Positions 37,069 to 46,347 of a stretch of DNA of 64,000 bases are shown piece after piece. The notes beneath the pieces are model-generated. The model was not told where the DNA came from, did not search any database, and saw nothing but the letters and a program-made list of their open reading frames with translations. The stretch's first letter is position 1, and each line of letters opens with the position of its first letter. Both the position numbers and the translations under genes were made by a program. The stretch is from Escherichia coli (GTDB taxonomy: Bacteria; Pseudomonadota; Gammaproteobacteria; Enterobacterales; Enterobacteriaceae), in NCBI RefSeq assembly GCF_001677475.2, contig NZ_CP015229.1; one strand, given 5' to 3'.

Positions 37069-37914
37069 ATGCTGGCTAAAGTCACTTTCCTGAGCTGTAT
37101 AACGATGAGCGATTTTACTTTTTCTGGCTATGAATTGGCCTGCTTTGTAACACACTCCGGTCTATCCCGTAGCGCCGGGCATATCCTGTCGCAATGTGCA
37201 AATCTCGCGGCAACAACCAGTGAATACTTCATTCACAAGCCTCACCGCCTGATCGCGGCAGAAACTGGTTATAGCCAATCAACCGTCGTTCGTGCATTCC
37301 GTGAAGCTGTAAACAAAGGAATCCTGTCGGTAGAGATTGTTATCGGCGATCACCGTGAACGCCGCGCTAACCTGTACCGGTTTACACCATCCTTTTTAGC
37401 CTTTGCTCAACAAGCCAAAAATGCGCTAATTGAAAGCAAATTAAAGATCTCTTCAGCCGCAACCAAGGTTAAAGCTGTTCTCGCTAACACATTGGCTTTA
37501 TTTGATTTTTTATCCACACCCCCATGTCAAAATGATACCCCCTCCCCCTGTCAGGATGACGTGGCAATAAAGAATAAGAAGTCACAAATTAAAAAAACAA
37601 AAAGATCAGTTTCCGGCGGTACCGGAACGACCAGCCTCAAAAAACTGACTTCATGGATCGCTGAGGCAAAAGCAAAGGCTGACAATCTGCGGTTATCCAA
37701 AAAACGCGCTCAAAAACATGAGTTCAAGCAGAAAGTAGAGGCGGCAGCGCGGAAATATGCTTACCTGAAGAACAAGCGTTCTCCTGATATTGGCGGGATA
37801 TCAAACTTCGATAATCTGCCGCATTGCATGACGGTAAACGAAGCTCTTAATGAGGTTTTAGCCAAAAATAAAGATAACGAACAATGGGGTATACCGGCAG
37901 GATTCAGAGGTTAA
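37069..37914 (+). CDS. repL: RepL lytic replication initiator (oriL lies inside the gene in P1)
   Basis: 281 aa (P1 RepL length as I recall); HTH-like GYSQSTVVRAFREAVNKGIL; downstream of kilA. Confidence 0.8.
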   Translation: MLAKVTFLSCITMSDFTFSGYELACFVTHSGLSRSAGHILSQCANLAATTSEYFIHKPHRLIAAETGYSQSTVVRAFREAVNKGILSVEIVIGDHRERRANLYRFTPSFLAFAQQAKNALIESKLKISSAATKVKAVLANTLALFDFLSTPPCQNDTPSPCQDDVAIKNKKSQIKKTKRSVSGGTGTTSLKKLTSWIAEAKAKADNLRLSKKRAQKHEFKQKVEAAARKYAYLKNKRSPDIGGISNFDNLPHCMTVNEALNEVLAKNKDNEQWGIPAGFRG

Positions 37915-37917
37915 TGA

Positions 37918-37934
37918 ATTGCTCTAATTAGAAC
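37918..37934 (+). promoter_or_regulatory. partial C1-operator-like site just after repL
   Basis: ATTGCTCTAATTAGAAC: first 11 nt perfect, 12/17 overall. Confidence 0.35.
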
Positions 37935-38082
37935 TATACATACTTTCAACACTTCTAGTTTGCCATGAGGCAAACTCATAGGCGTCTTGGTAAGAGGACA
38001 CAGTTGCCAAAACTGGACGTCCCATTATTGCAATTAATAAACAACTAACGGACAATTCTACCTAACAATAAGTGGAGTTAAC

Positions 38083-38787
38083 ATGTTGAACCGAAGAACA
38101 TTTAATGTATTCTGCGATGAATCCTGTCACCTACTAAATGATCATAATAAAGTCATGGTATTGGGTGCGCTTTGGTGTCCAGGCACTATCACAAAAAAAA
38201 TTGCTAGAGACATCAAGGAATTAAAATTAAAACACAATCTAAAACCTGATTTCGAAATCAAGTGGACTAAAGTATCTGCGTCCAAAGTTGAATTTTACTT
38301 AGATGTCGTAGATTACTTCTTCAGCAACCCAGCATTGCGCTTTAGAGGTGTTGTTGTTCCTGATAAAGAGCAACTGGACCATGCTCGATTCCATCAAGAT
38401 CATAATACTTTCTATTATAAGATGTTTTTTTATGTCTTAAAAAACATAATAGAAAGTAACAACACATACAATATCTACCTAGATATAAAAGATACTTTAG
38501 GTATTGAAAAAATTGAGAAATTAAGAGGGGTTCTTCACAATGATCGCTATGATTACAATCATGAGTCGATAAACAGAATTCAACATATACGATCTCATGA
38601 AGTGCAACAATTGCAGCTAACGGATCTTTTCATTGGTGCGTTAGGCTACGTTCATCGAGGAATGAATAGCAACGCGGGAAAAATCCAAGTCATAAACAGG
38701 ATAAAATCACATACAAACAGGGAGTTACTAAAAAGCACTCTTCCAACAGAAAGTAAATTTAATATTTTCGTGTGGGAGGCTCGCTGA
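38083..38787 (+). CDS. DUF3800-family protein
   Basis: N-terminal signature FNVFCDESCH (DUF3800 xxxYxDESG-type motif), 234 aa, AT-rich; slot of P1 rlfA. Confidence 0.65.
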   Translation: MLNRRTFNVFCDESCHLLNDHNKVMVLGALWCPGTITKKIARDIKELKLKHNLKPDFEIKWTKVSASKVEFYLDVVDYFFSNPALRFRGVVVPDKEQLDHARFHQDHNTFYYKMFFYVLKNIIESNNTYNIYLDIKDTLGIEKIEKLRGVLHNDRYDYNHESINRIQHIRSHEVQQLQLTDLFIGALGYVHRGMNSNAGKIQVINRIKSHTNRELLKSTLPTESKFNIFVWEAR

Positions 38788-39251
38788 TGCTTCAAATGCC
38801 AGATTTATTGTACTTCAATGGAAGTTGGCAAGAGTATATAGACGATGTATATGATGTTGTCAGAGAAGATATTTTAATCTCTAATATAACGTTTAAGGGT
38901 CTCCCTGTTCGATTACGTTATTCACCGGAATATGATGGGAAAGAGTTCGGATTTTGGCATTTAGTATCAGAGGGAAAAATAGAAGAAGAACGTATACCCG
39001 ATCTTGAACGGTGCAAACGAATTCGCTGGATCGCGCATATGATAAGGAATTATAACCATTGCGATATATCATGTTGGTCTGAAAGACGAGGACCAACTGA
39101 AGAGTGGGTAATCTGGAATGAGTATGAAAACTACGTTGTTGTGCTATCCGCACGTAGAGACTATTGGCTTCTCAAAACAGCCTATGTTGTAACCTATGAC
39201 AGTAAAATCAGAACACTCAAACAAAGCAGAAAAAGAGCACTTGGGACATAA
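38787..39251 (+). CDS. uncharacterised partner protein, translationally coupled to the DUF3800 gene
   Basis: ATG at 38787 overlaps the upstream stop (TGATG), GGGAGG RBS; 154 aa; slot of P1 rlfB. Confidence 0.6.
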   Translation: MLQMPDLLYFNGSWQEYIDDVYDVVREDILISNITFKGLPVRLRYSPEYDGKEFGFWHLVSEGKIEEERIPDLERCKRIRWIAHMIRNYNHCDISCWSERRGPTEEWVIWNEYENYVVVLSARRDYWLLKTAYVVTYDSKIRTLKQSRKRALGT

Positions 39252-39416
39252 AAAGCTGAACCCGACACATATTACTATGTATCGGGTTCGATCGCTCTTT
39301 CTACACATGGTAGATGAGTAAGGCAAATCTAACCGATCTACTTTAGCTTTTCAATAGCTAGCTATAACTTTCCGCACATATTCTTCTGATAATTACGGGA
39401 GAGCGGTTGGGTTTTC

Positions 39417-39713
39417 TCATGCTTTTCTGCGCAGAGAAGCACACTTATTCAGCAATAATAAATGCAATTCTTTGTTATCACTAAGTATTTCTACACACCA
39501 ATATCGTAACGTGTTCACTTCAAGTGTAGCCAGCACCTTATGTCGAAAAGCCCCCTCCCCTACACATAACGATGCCTGACATTCTGCTAAGGCACATAAC
39601 CATGTATTGGCATCATAGAGAATCCAATAATGCTCATCTGAAATAGTTATGCATCCAATTATTTCGAATCTTCTTTCTATCGTCTCAGGAGAGTATGAAA
39701 AATCAATTTCCAT
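39417..39713 (-). CDS. hypothetical 98-aa protein (pmgF slot)
   Basis: AT-rich ORF convergent with the DUF3800 pair; Cys/Trp-rich. Confidence 0.45.
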   Translation of the reverse strand: MEIDFSYSPETIERRFEIIGCITISDEHYWILYDANTWLCALAECQASLCVGEGAFRHKVLATLEVNTLRYWCVEILSDNKELHLLLLNKCASLRRKA

Positions 39714-39753
39714 AACATGCTCAAAATCTATCTATACCGGCATAATTTAAGCA

Positions 39754-39780
39754 CAAAAAAGCTCCCGTAGGAGCTTTAAA
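39754..39780 (-). terminator. intrinsic terminator ending the minus-strand late operon
   Basis: On the minus strand AAAGCTCC-TACG-GGAGCTTT + TTTTT. Confidence 0.7.
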
Positions 39781-39796
39781 ATACAAGGGATGACTT

Positions 39797-40306
39797 TTAA
39801 TCCCACTCAATCCAGTTGTAGACGATACGAAGTGACGGGCGCACAGCAGCATTCACATCTTCGGTACTAAAGTCGATTGCATCACTGTAGATTTTGCAGT
39901 CCAACATTTCAATTGTTGTAGCAGCTTTTGTCACGGCGTTAACCCCGGAAGATTTGGATTCAGGGGTCGCAGCCATCGTGATATCAACATAGTCCTTCGC
40001 CGCAATGCGATCTTTAATGAACTGAAGAATATCGCCTTCGATAGTCTCCACGCACTGGACCTGGATTTCCCCGGAGTTACGGATTGGACCGTGCTGGTTG
40101 AACTTCACACCATTCGGGCCATAGTCCTCCACATCCTCGCGGGTCATTTCAGGGATTTGCGACGTGCGAACCAGTACGCTGATATCTTCATGGCCTGCAA
40201 AAGTGAGCTGGAATTCAGAAGATACCAGTCGTTCGCCTTTGGCCGCGTTGGCAGTATAGCGGCCCTTAATAAATTTACGGTTTCCCTTAGTGTTATTGTG
40301 CCCCAT
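39797..40306 (-). CDS. T4 gp19/gp54-like tube/baseplate-tube initiator protein (bplB slot)
   Basis: 169 aa; C-terminus ...LRIVYNWIEWD resembles the tail-tube family ending (...LALDYWE in T4 gp19). Confidence 0.55.
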   Translation of the reverse strand: MGHNNTKGNRKFIKGRYTANAAKGERLVSSEFQLTFAGHEDISVLVRTSQIPEMTREDVEDYGPNGVKFNQHGPIRNSGEIQVQCVETIEGDILQFIKDRIAAKDYVDITMAATPESKSSGVNAVTKAATTIEMLDCKIYSDAIDFSTEDVNAAVRPSLRIVYNWIEWD

Positions 40307-40317
40307 ATAAAATCCTT

Positions 40318-40899
40318 TTACTGGAACGCCCGAACAATATCGGAGCTGTTATATATCGAAGAACCGGTCAACTGGAGGTTGACGGTGTTTTTCAGGAAAT
40401 ATCCATTACTGTCCCTTGGCGCATCGAGATCAAAACTTAAGTCCTGGATGGCGACATCGGTGATGTTGATCCGGCGACCAATGTTTAGCGTCACGCGCTC
40501 CGGGATTCGACCACCAACATTGGCCGCTTTTAGTTCCGGGCTAATCATGGCTGTCAACGCGGCGATAGCGCCTGAAACTTCAATGAATGGATTGTTCAAA
40601 GCAATGAAAGTTACAGGCAGCGTGAACGTCGGCGGAGTCCCCCCTTCCCAAACCATTAAGCTATTCCAACGGGCAACCGACGTTGTTTCAGTACCTACTT
40701 GCACAAAACCACCCAGAGCACCAGAAACAGATCCCATGGACATACCGGTAAACGGCGCTTCCCAATTCTGGGCCATGTTCATTGCCGCTCCCTGGCTGAT
40801 ATATCCGGTAACCTGGTACTGAGAGTTCGTTAAAGTAACTTTCAGATATGGCGATACACCGTCAGCCTGGCTGTAAACCCCATAAGCTATAGGAGCCAT
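40318..40899 (-). CDS. structural protein (pmgG slot)
   Basis: 193-aa ORF in the late operon. Confidence 0.5.
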   Translation of the reverse strand: MAPIAYGVYSQADGVSPYLKVTLTNSQYQVTGYISQGAAMNMAQNWEAPFTGMSMGSVSGALGGFVQVGTETTSVARWNSLMVWEGGTPPTFTLPVTFIALNNPFIEVSGAIAALTAMISPELKAANVGGRIPERVTLNIGRRINITDVAIQDLSFDLDAPRDSNGYFLKNTVNLQLTGSSIYNSSDIVRAFQ

Positions 40900-40934
40900 T
40901 CAAGTTAAAGGCCGGAGTTCTCCGGCCTCCTCCT

Positions 40935-41750
40935 TTAGCCAAGGCGCTTACGGCGCAGTTTCATTGACTTTTTGCGGGCAAGTTTTGCCGCGCCGGTCTG
41001 GGCTTTTCGACGAGCTTTTTTCAGCGCCGATTTTTGAGCCGCAGTCAGACGTTTTTTACGCAGGCGTTTACGGATGAGTTTGATCTCACCGTTACGAACA
41101 ACCTTCTTAAATGCTTCAGTCAGCATTTCATCAGAAGTGCCAGCAACAACAAACGCCGCTTCCAGTTCGTCGCGGTCGTCGCTATCTAAACCAGCGATAG
41201 AGGCACCAACATCAGCAGCTGCGTCGTCGTCCTCATCGTCAGCCAGTGCTTCGATCAGGTCATCATCTACACCGCATGCTGCGAGGAAGTCAGCAACATT
41301 TGCCCATGCTTCGTTATAGGCATCGTCCTGTTCTTCTGTAACTTCGGAGTCGTCGTCGTCAGAGATACCAGCGATAGCTTGAACGAAACCATCAAGGGAG
41401 TCGAAAGTCAGATCACCGCTATCAGCCCAGGCGAAAACGGCGTCGGCCGCATCACTCAACGCATTCTGCATAGCACTTCGATTTGCAGCTTCCAGAATCA
41501 TCTGGTGCGCCTGTTCGACGGTCCATTCTTTACCGTCTTTCCCTTCCAGAATTTGCTCAGGAGCCGGGTCAGATGGAACGTTATCGTTAGTCTGTGCCGC
41601 CGGTTCCGGATTATTATTAATAACAGGATCTGTTAGCGGTTCGGCGCTTGCTCGGGCAGACTCCATCAGCTGCACAGGATCAGAGTTCAAAGCGAAACGG
41701 GACAGTCCATTCCCCAAAAATGCCCCGGATTGAAAAAAGTTTTTGCTCAT
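40935..41750 (-). CDS. acidic protein with highly basic C-terminal tail (P1 gene 21 slot)
   Basis: 271 aa; D/E-rich core, C-terminus RKRLRKKRLTAAQKSALKKARRKAQ...RRKRLG. Confidence 0.55.
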   Translation of the reverse strand: MSKNFFQSGAFLGNGLSRFALNSDPVQLMESARASAEPLTDPVINNNPEPAAQTNDNVPSDPAPEQILEGKDGKEWTVEQAHQMILEAANRSAMQNALSDAADAVFAWADSGDLTFDSLDGFVQAIAGISDDDDSEVTEEQDDAYNEAWANVADFLAACGVDDDLIEALADDEDDDAAADVGASIAGLDSDDRDELEAAFVVAGTSDEMLTEAFKKVVRNGEIKLIRKRLRKKRLTAAQKSALKKARRKAQTGAAKLARKKSMKLRRKRLG

Positions 41751-41759
41751 TGTATTCCC

Positions 41760-43349
41760 TTACTTAATAAGCAGCGGTACGCCCTGGATACGACGGGCTA
41801 CGCCAGTCGGGCAGCAGGCCCAGACTACTTCCCATTTATCGAATTCCGCCTGCGTAACTTTCAGCACATACGGTTCTGTACCGTCAGCATCAGGATCACG
41901 AGGAGCCACCAGAGCGCCGGAGGCGACAAAGCGATCTAAAAGTTTGGTCATCCCTTTAGTCAGTCCAGACTCAGTAATGCCGTCCGGGTTATGCTTCATC
42001 TGTCGGGCTAACTGGACAAAGAAACGGCTGATTGCGTTCATCAGGGATGGTACGTGCTGGAAATGCAGATAGTTGTCCTGCGTGCAACAAGTTAAAGCAT
42101 CATCGATGATCATCTGGCCCGAAGTACCTACAGATACTTTATTGAGTCGGCCCTTGACCATAGCTTCTTCGTCCGGGGTGTCTTCAGGATACAGCGGCTG
42201 AAGTGATGCACGAGCAATGACGGCACGTTCTTCACCAGCCGGTGAGTAATGCCAACCGCCGACATCGGAGTTTTTCTTAACGCCACGAGCTTTCGCCGCA
42301 TACGCCGCGCCAGACAGACCGAAGACCACACGGGATTGGGTCCATTTGTCTTTGCAGGAGAACGGGAAGTGATAGACAGAACAGCTTACATAATCGGTAC
42401 CAAGTAAACCGGTATCCTCAACAGCTGGTAGTGCTTCTGCGTACGTTAATGTCGGTTTGACATCAAAGAAGCCATCAATCAGGCGATCTGCACAGATTTT
42501 ACCTAATGCGGTGATAGCCGCATTGTCATAGCAGCCCAGGCCAAGAACAGCGGTGTACATGTACGGCGCATTGTTCAGCACTTTCACCGCACGCAGGTAC
42601 GCAGCGGTTGAGATTTTCGACTGATCACCGTTGGTACCACCAGTGAACGCCAACGATTTTTTATTTGTTACTTTCGCCGTCGAAATCAGCTCTTCATTAA
42701 CAACCGCGCGCAGATATTTAGAACGGGCTTCCAGAGCCGTAGGCAGATAACACAAGCGGCCCATGTCATCTTTCGCTTCTTCCGCCAAAGACACAGTGTG
42801 TGTCTCCAGGGTCGTTACCACGCCGAGCGAAGTCGTCTGGGTCAGTTTCAGGAGGAAGCGTTCATTACCTGCGCTGTCCGCTGTTGCCGTTTCGATGGTT
42901 AACTCACGGGTAGGTGAAATACACGGATCACCATCATCAACGTAGATAGCAAAGGCTTCGCCGCTATCAAGTTCAATTTCAGAACCGTATGGCAACGCAC
43001 TGTAAGCCGGTTCGCCTGATTCATCGAACATAATAACCGGGAACTTCGCATCATCCGGAACAGCACGGACAACATAACCAGACGTTTGCTGAATAGCTTC
43101 GTATACATGGCGAATTGGTTCGAACTGTGAGCCGGAAGACGGCTTCAGCGGTTCGCCGAGAACATCTTCGTAATTGGACTCAGTAACCGCAAGAACAGTA
43201 AACGGCTTGCCACGCGCAAATACGCCAATACCAGCCCACAAGCTGCTATTTAATGCAACACCGGTAGATAACGTCGCATCTGCATTGATCGGGCTAACCG
43301 CGACGCCGGATGCATTACCTAATGACTGTTGAATTGAATATTGAGACAT
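41760..43349 (-). CDS. contractile tail sheath protein (P1 gene 22 slot)
   Basis: 529 aa (~58 kDa), sheath-like; adjacent to the major head gene as in P1. Confidence 0.65.
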   Translation of the reverse strand: MSQYSIQQSLGNASGVAVSPINADATLSTGVALNSSLWAGIGVFARGKPFTVLAVTESNYEDVLGEPLKPSSGSQFEPIRHVYEAIQQTSGYVVRAVPDDAKFPVIMFDESGEPAYSALPYGSEIELDSGEAFAIYVDDGDPCISPTRELTIETATADSAGNERFLLKLTQTTSLGVVTTLETHTVSLAEEAKDDMGRLCYLPTALEARSKYLRAVVNEELISTAKVTNKKSLAFTGGTNGDQSKISTAAYLRAVKVLNNAPYMYTAVLGLGCYDNAAITALGKICADRLIDGFFDVKPTLTYAEALPAVEDTGLLGTDYVSCSVYHFPFSCKDKWTQSRVVFGLSGAAYAAKARGVKKNSDVGGWHYSPAGEERAVIARASLQPLYPEDTPDEEAMVKGRLNKVSVGTSGQMIIDDALTCCTQDNYLHFQHVPSLMNAISRFFVQLARQMKHNPDGITESGLTKGMTKLLDRFVASGALVAPRDPDADGTEPYVLKVTQAEFDKWEVVWACCPTGVARRIQGVPLLIK

Positions 43350-43409
43350 AACTTTCCCTGTTATGCGCCCCGCACGGGGGCGCTATGTTAAACGGAGAAC
43401 TTCCCCTGA

Positions 43410-45137
43410 TTACTCAGAGTCACCGGCATCAATCGTGTCGCCGCTTATGAAGTTAAGCCCGCCTTTTTTGGCCATTGTCAGCGTTACACGAGTGAAGTAA
43501 TCAGCGCCGTTGCGTGGGTGCATATCGTTGATAGCCGAACCCCACAGCGTGGTACGGTTGACCAGCGCCGGAGTGGTCGGATGCTGGAACGGGATGGCCG
43601 GGACAGCATCACCAGTCACGAAGCCTGCTTTACCCGGATTTTCATCACGGACGTAGCACAGCACATCCATCGAGCTGAACTGAATGTTCTCTGTCGTTAA
43701 GTTCTTACAAATACCAGCAGGTACTTCGTACACTTTCACGTTACCGAACAGGGTACCGATGTAGTGAACATACGGAGTCTGGATATAGTCTTCGGCTGGC
43801 TGGAAGAAATCCTTCGGCAACTGTTTGAAGAAAGATGCTGCATCAGCACCAGCAAACATCCCCATCGCACCAGAAGATTTAACGCGCTCAATAATGTCGC
43901 GATATACAGTCTGGAATTTGCCACGAATGATGGTTGCCCATACATCAAAGGACTGGTTAACCGGCAGAGCGATGTCAAAGGTGTCGGTCGCAAGAGTGCG
44001 CCAGATCATGATGCGAAGACGCAGCATATCCTGTTCATGAGACAGGTATTCCTTCAGGGTGCGGAACTGTAGGGAACCCAGGTCCAGACCAAATTCACGC
44101 TGTGCTTCATACGCCGCCTGTACCGTGTGCTCAGCCGCGATAACGAACTGGCTTGGGAACAGGGTGTATTTCTTCATTTCGTGGTTGATCAGCGGGATCA
44201 GCTCAGGAGCGGCTTCAATATTGATTTCCGTCTCAATTGCGATCTCAGTGCCTTTATCCGGCGCTTTGGAGAACGACAGGGCAATCTGACCAATGTTGTA
44301 GTTCAGAGAGCAAGTAACAGTGATTTGCTCACCAGCAGCATTAGTAAACGAGTGAAGTAGGCTGCCGGAACCGTTATCAACAACAGACTTAATACGGTTA
44401 ACGTAGATGTTAGTGCGACCTTTTCGGATTGGTACATTCTGGCCTTCGAAGTCTTCCATCTTGAAGGTTGCGGTTTTGCTGGTGCCATCGGAGCTTGCCA
44501 CCAGCACATAGCGGCGGCGTAACTGGCTGTACACACCGACGGATTGCATGTCCAGAACATCACCAGCAGCATAAGAACCAAAAGAGGAACCTGCCACGTT
44601 AAAGACTTCATAGATGTCGGACTGGTCACGCGTAACCGGAATGAAGGTACACGCATCAGCGGTAGCTGCCCCCAACTGAACAGGCAGGATCATCGCGAGG
44701 AATAAAGGCAGACGCATAACACCGTCAGAAACGCTCATCATCTCTGCTGCGACGGATTCCAGCATCGCTTTATTAGTGGCATCCATGCTATTGCGGGTGG
44801 ACTCAATCAGGCAGTTTTCCAGCGTCTGGTGGCAGGAGGCCAGAATTTCCGGACGCGGCATAGATTTATGTGCTGCGGCGTAGTCAGCCAGTGCACTTGC
44901 CCACGCTGTAGCGATTTGAGCGGTGGCATTATCAGAGATACCCGCAAAAATCGGGTCTTTGCGTGCAGCTTCAAGGATAGATGCGGCACGCGCGGCATCA
45001 TCTTTGATGAATTGGTTATCAGTACCGAACTGTGCTGCACTTGCCCAGCCAAGAACGGCTTTAGAGCGTTTTGCGATATCTGCAATACGATTCTGGTATT
45101 CGCGTAAGTTACTCAAGTTACTCTTCCTTAAACACAA
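43410..45137 (-). CDS. major head protein precursor (P1 gene 23 slot); start uncertain (TTG at 45137 or TTG at 45116 after AAGGAAG)
   Basis: About 570 aa ORF immediately downstream of parS/parB as in P1. Confidence 0.65.
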   Translation of the reverse strand: MCLRKSNLSNLREYQNRIADIAKRSKAVLGWASAAQFGTDNQFIKDDAARAASILEAARKDPIFAGISDNATAQIATAWASALADYAAAHKSMPRPEILASCHQTLENCLIESTRNSMDATNKAMLESVAAEMMSVSDGVMRLPLFLAMILPVQLGAATADACTFIPVTRDQSDIYEVFNVAGSSFGSYAAGDVLDMQSVGVYSQLRRRYVLVASSDGTSKTATFKMEDFEGQNVPIRKGRTNIYVNRIKSVVDNGSGSLLHSFTNAAGEQITVTCSLNYNIGQIALSFSKAPDKGTEIAIETEINIEAAPELIPLINHEMKKYTLFPSQFVIAAEHTVQAAYEAQREFGLDLGSLQFRTLKEYLSHEQDMLRLRIMIWRTLATDTFDIALPVNQSFDVWATIIRGKFQTVYRDIIERVKSSGAMGMFAGADAASFFKQLPKDFFQPAEDYIQTPYVHYIGTLFGNVKVYEVPAGICKNLTTENIQFSSMDVLCYVRDENPGKAGFVTGDAVPAIPFQHPTTPALVNRTTLWGSAINDMHPRNGADYFTRVTLTMAKKGGLNFISGDTIDAGDSE

Positions 45138-45251
45138 GGCACTTGTGTGAATCCCTTTTCGGAAGAGATTTTATTGAAAGTCACTTGTTGACTTTCTCGC
45201 GAAAAGTAATTTTTTAAATTTTTTATGCGGGGAAGTGGACGGTGAAAGCAG

Positions 45252-45334
45252 GCGTTAAATCGTGGGAATTTCAGTCTGAAATTTTTCTAAAAAATATATT
45301 TAAATCATAATGTTATCAATGAAATTGGCGCAGG
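45252..45334 (-). promoter_or_regulatory. parS: parS partition site (box A heptamers + box B hexamers around an AT-rich IHF-type core)
   Basis: Minus-strand reading: GCGCCA-ATTTCAT...AT-rich...ATTTCAG-ACTGAAATTCCCAC-GATTTAAC; same layout as P1 parS but different B boxes. Confidence 0.6.
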
Positions 45335-45381
45335 ACATTTTAGGCAGGGGAGGAGGCTAAAACCACCTCCCACCAGCGGGA

Positions 45382-46347
45382 TTATTCCCCAGCAGACATT
45401 TTCCCAATGATTTTTTTTATTGCTTCGTCAATTTCAGTTTGCACTTCAGACGGGAGTCTGGAGAACTCGTAGGCGACTACCCGTTTTTTCGGATCGGACT
45501 TCTTTCTGGCGTATTGACGACGGTCAGAGAAGTCTCGCAGCTTCTCAATCACCACAGATTTAACCGGCGCGGGCTTCAGGCTTTTGCTTTCCGCTTTGAA
45601 GATAGCCAGTATCTTCGATTTATCCTCTTTCGCGCCCTCAGTCTCTGCAATTCGTTCGCGCACCGTATCAACCAGCTCTTCAATCGGCACGCTTTTAGCG
45701 TTAGCATCCTCGGCGATCTGGAGCAGTAACTGGTAATCTGGCAGGGCGAGATCGCTGGCAACAGGGAAGACAGCAATCATCTCATCCGGCACCGCGGCAG
45801 CCTGGAAAGCTCGCGTCACTTTAGCCTTTGAGATGTTCTCAGCTCGGGCGATCTCTTCTTTGGTCATATTCTTACCGTACATAACCTCGAAGCGTTTACC
45901 CAGCTCGCGCAGAGTGTGTTCGCGGGCTGTCTGGATATCAATGGCCAGCTGGCGGGCATCTGCCAGGCTGATCTCATCTTTCGTCACCAGAATCTCAAAT
46001 TTCGTTTCATTGAAGATACACGCAGCGCGGCGACGTGATCCGTCCAATACCTCAATGCGCTCCCCAACCATACGACCGATAGCCGGGAAGAACTGTTGCA
46101 ATTTAATGGTGCGGGAAATATCGCTTACCGACTCAGGGGTGAGCAGAGACTGATCGCGGCCGTTAACTGCCGGGTCAACGAACGTGCGCGACTCAATCTC
46201 ACCACTCAGCACAACGGTAAGCAAAAATTTAGCCTGGCGGCCAGATTTTAGGGTAAAGGTTTTGGTGCCTTCACTGCCTTCAAGCATGCGAGCAAACTCG
46301 GAGCTATTCTTGCCCAGCACTCGTCCACGGGAAACTATTTTTTTCAT
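45382..46347 (-). CDS. parB: ParB centromere-binding protein
   Basis: 321 aa, ParB N-terminal motif (EVLDGSRRR) and HTH; overlaps the parA stop. Confidence 0.9.
   Translation of the reverse strand: MKKIVSRGRVLGKNSSEFARMLEGSEGTKTFTLKSGRQAKFLLTVVLSGEIESRTFVDPAVNGRDQSLLTPESVSDISRTIKLQQFFPAIGRMVGERIEVLDGSRRRAACIFNETKFEILVTKDEISLADARQLAIDIQTAREHTLRELGKRFEVMYGKNMTKEEIARAENISKAKVTRAFQAAAVPDEMIAVFPVASDLALPDYQLLLQIAEDANAKSVPIEELVDTVRERIAETEGAKEDKSKILAIFKAESKSLKPAPVKSVVIEKLRDFSDRRQYARKKSDPKKRVVAYEFSRLPSEVQTEIDEAIKKIIGKMSAGE

Noticed and set aside
40091-40822. 243-aa + strand ORF across the tube-like (39797-40306) and 40318-40899 genes
   Set aside because: It is antisense to two tightly packed late genes with recognisable structural features, so it is a shadow ORF.
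45155-45215. Palindrome AAAGTCAACAAGTGACTTT followed by ATAAAAT upstream of the major head gene, as a possible Lpa-dependent P1 late promoter
   Set aside because: I cannot recall the late-promoter consensus precisely enough, and I found no second clear copy in the window to support a motif.
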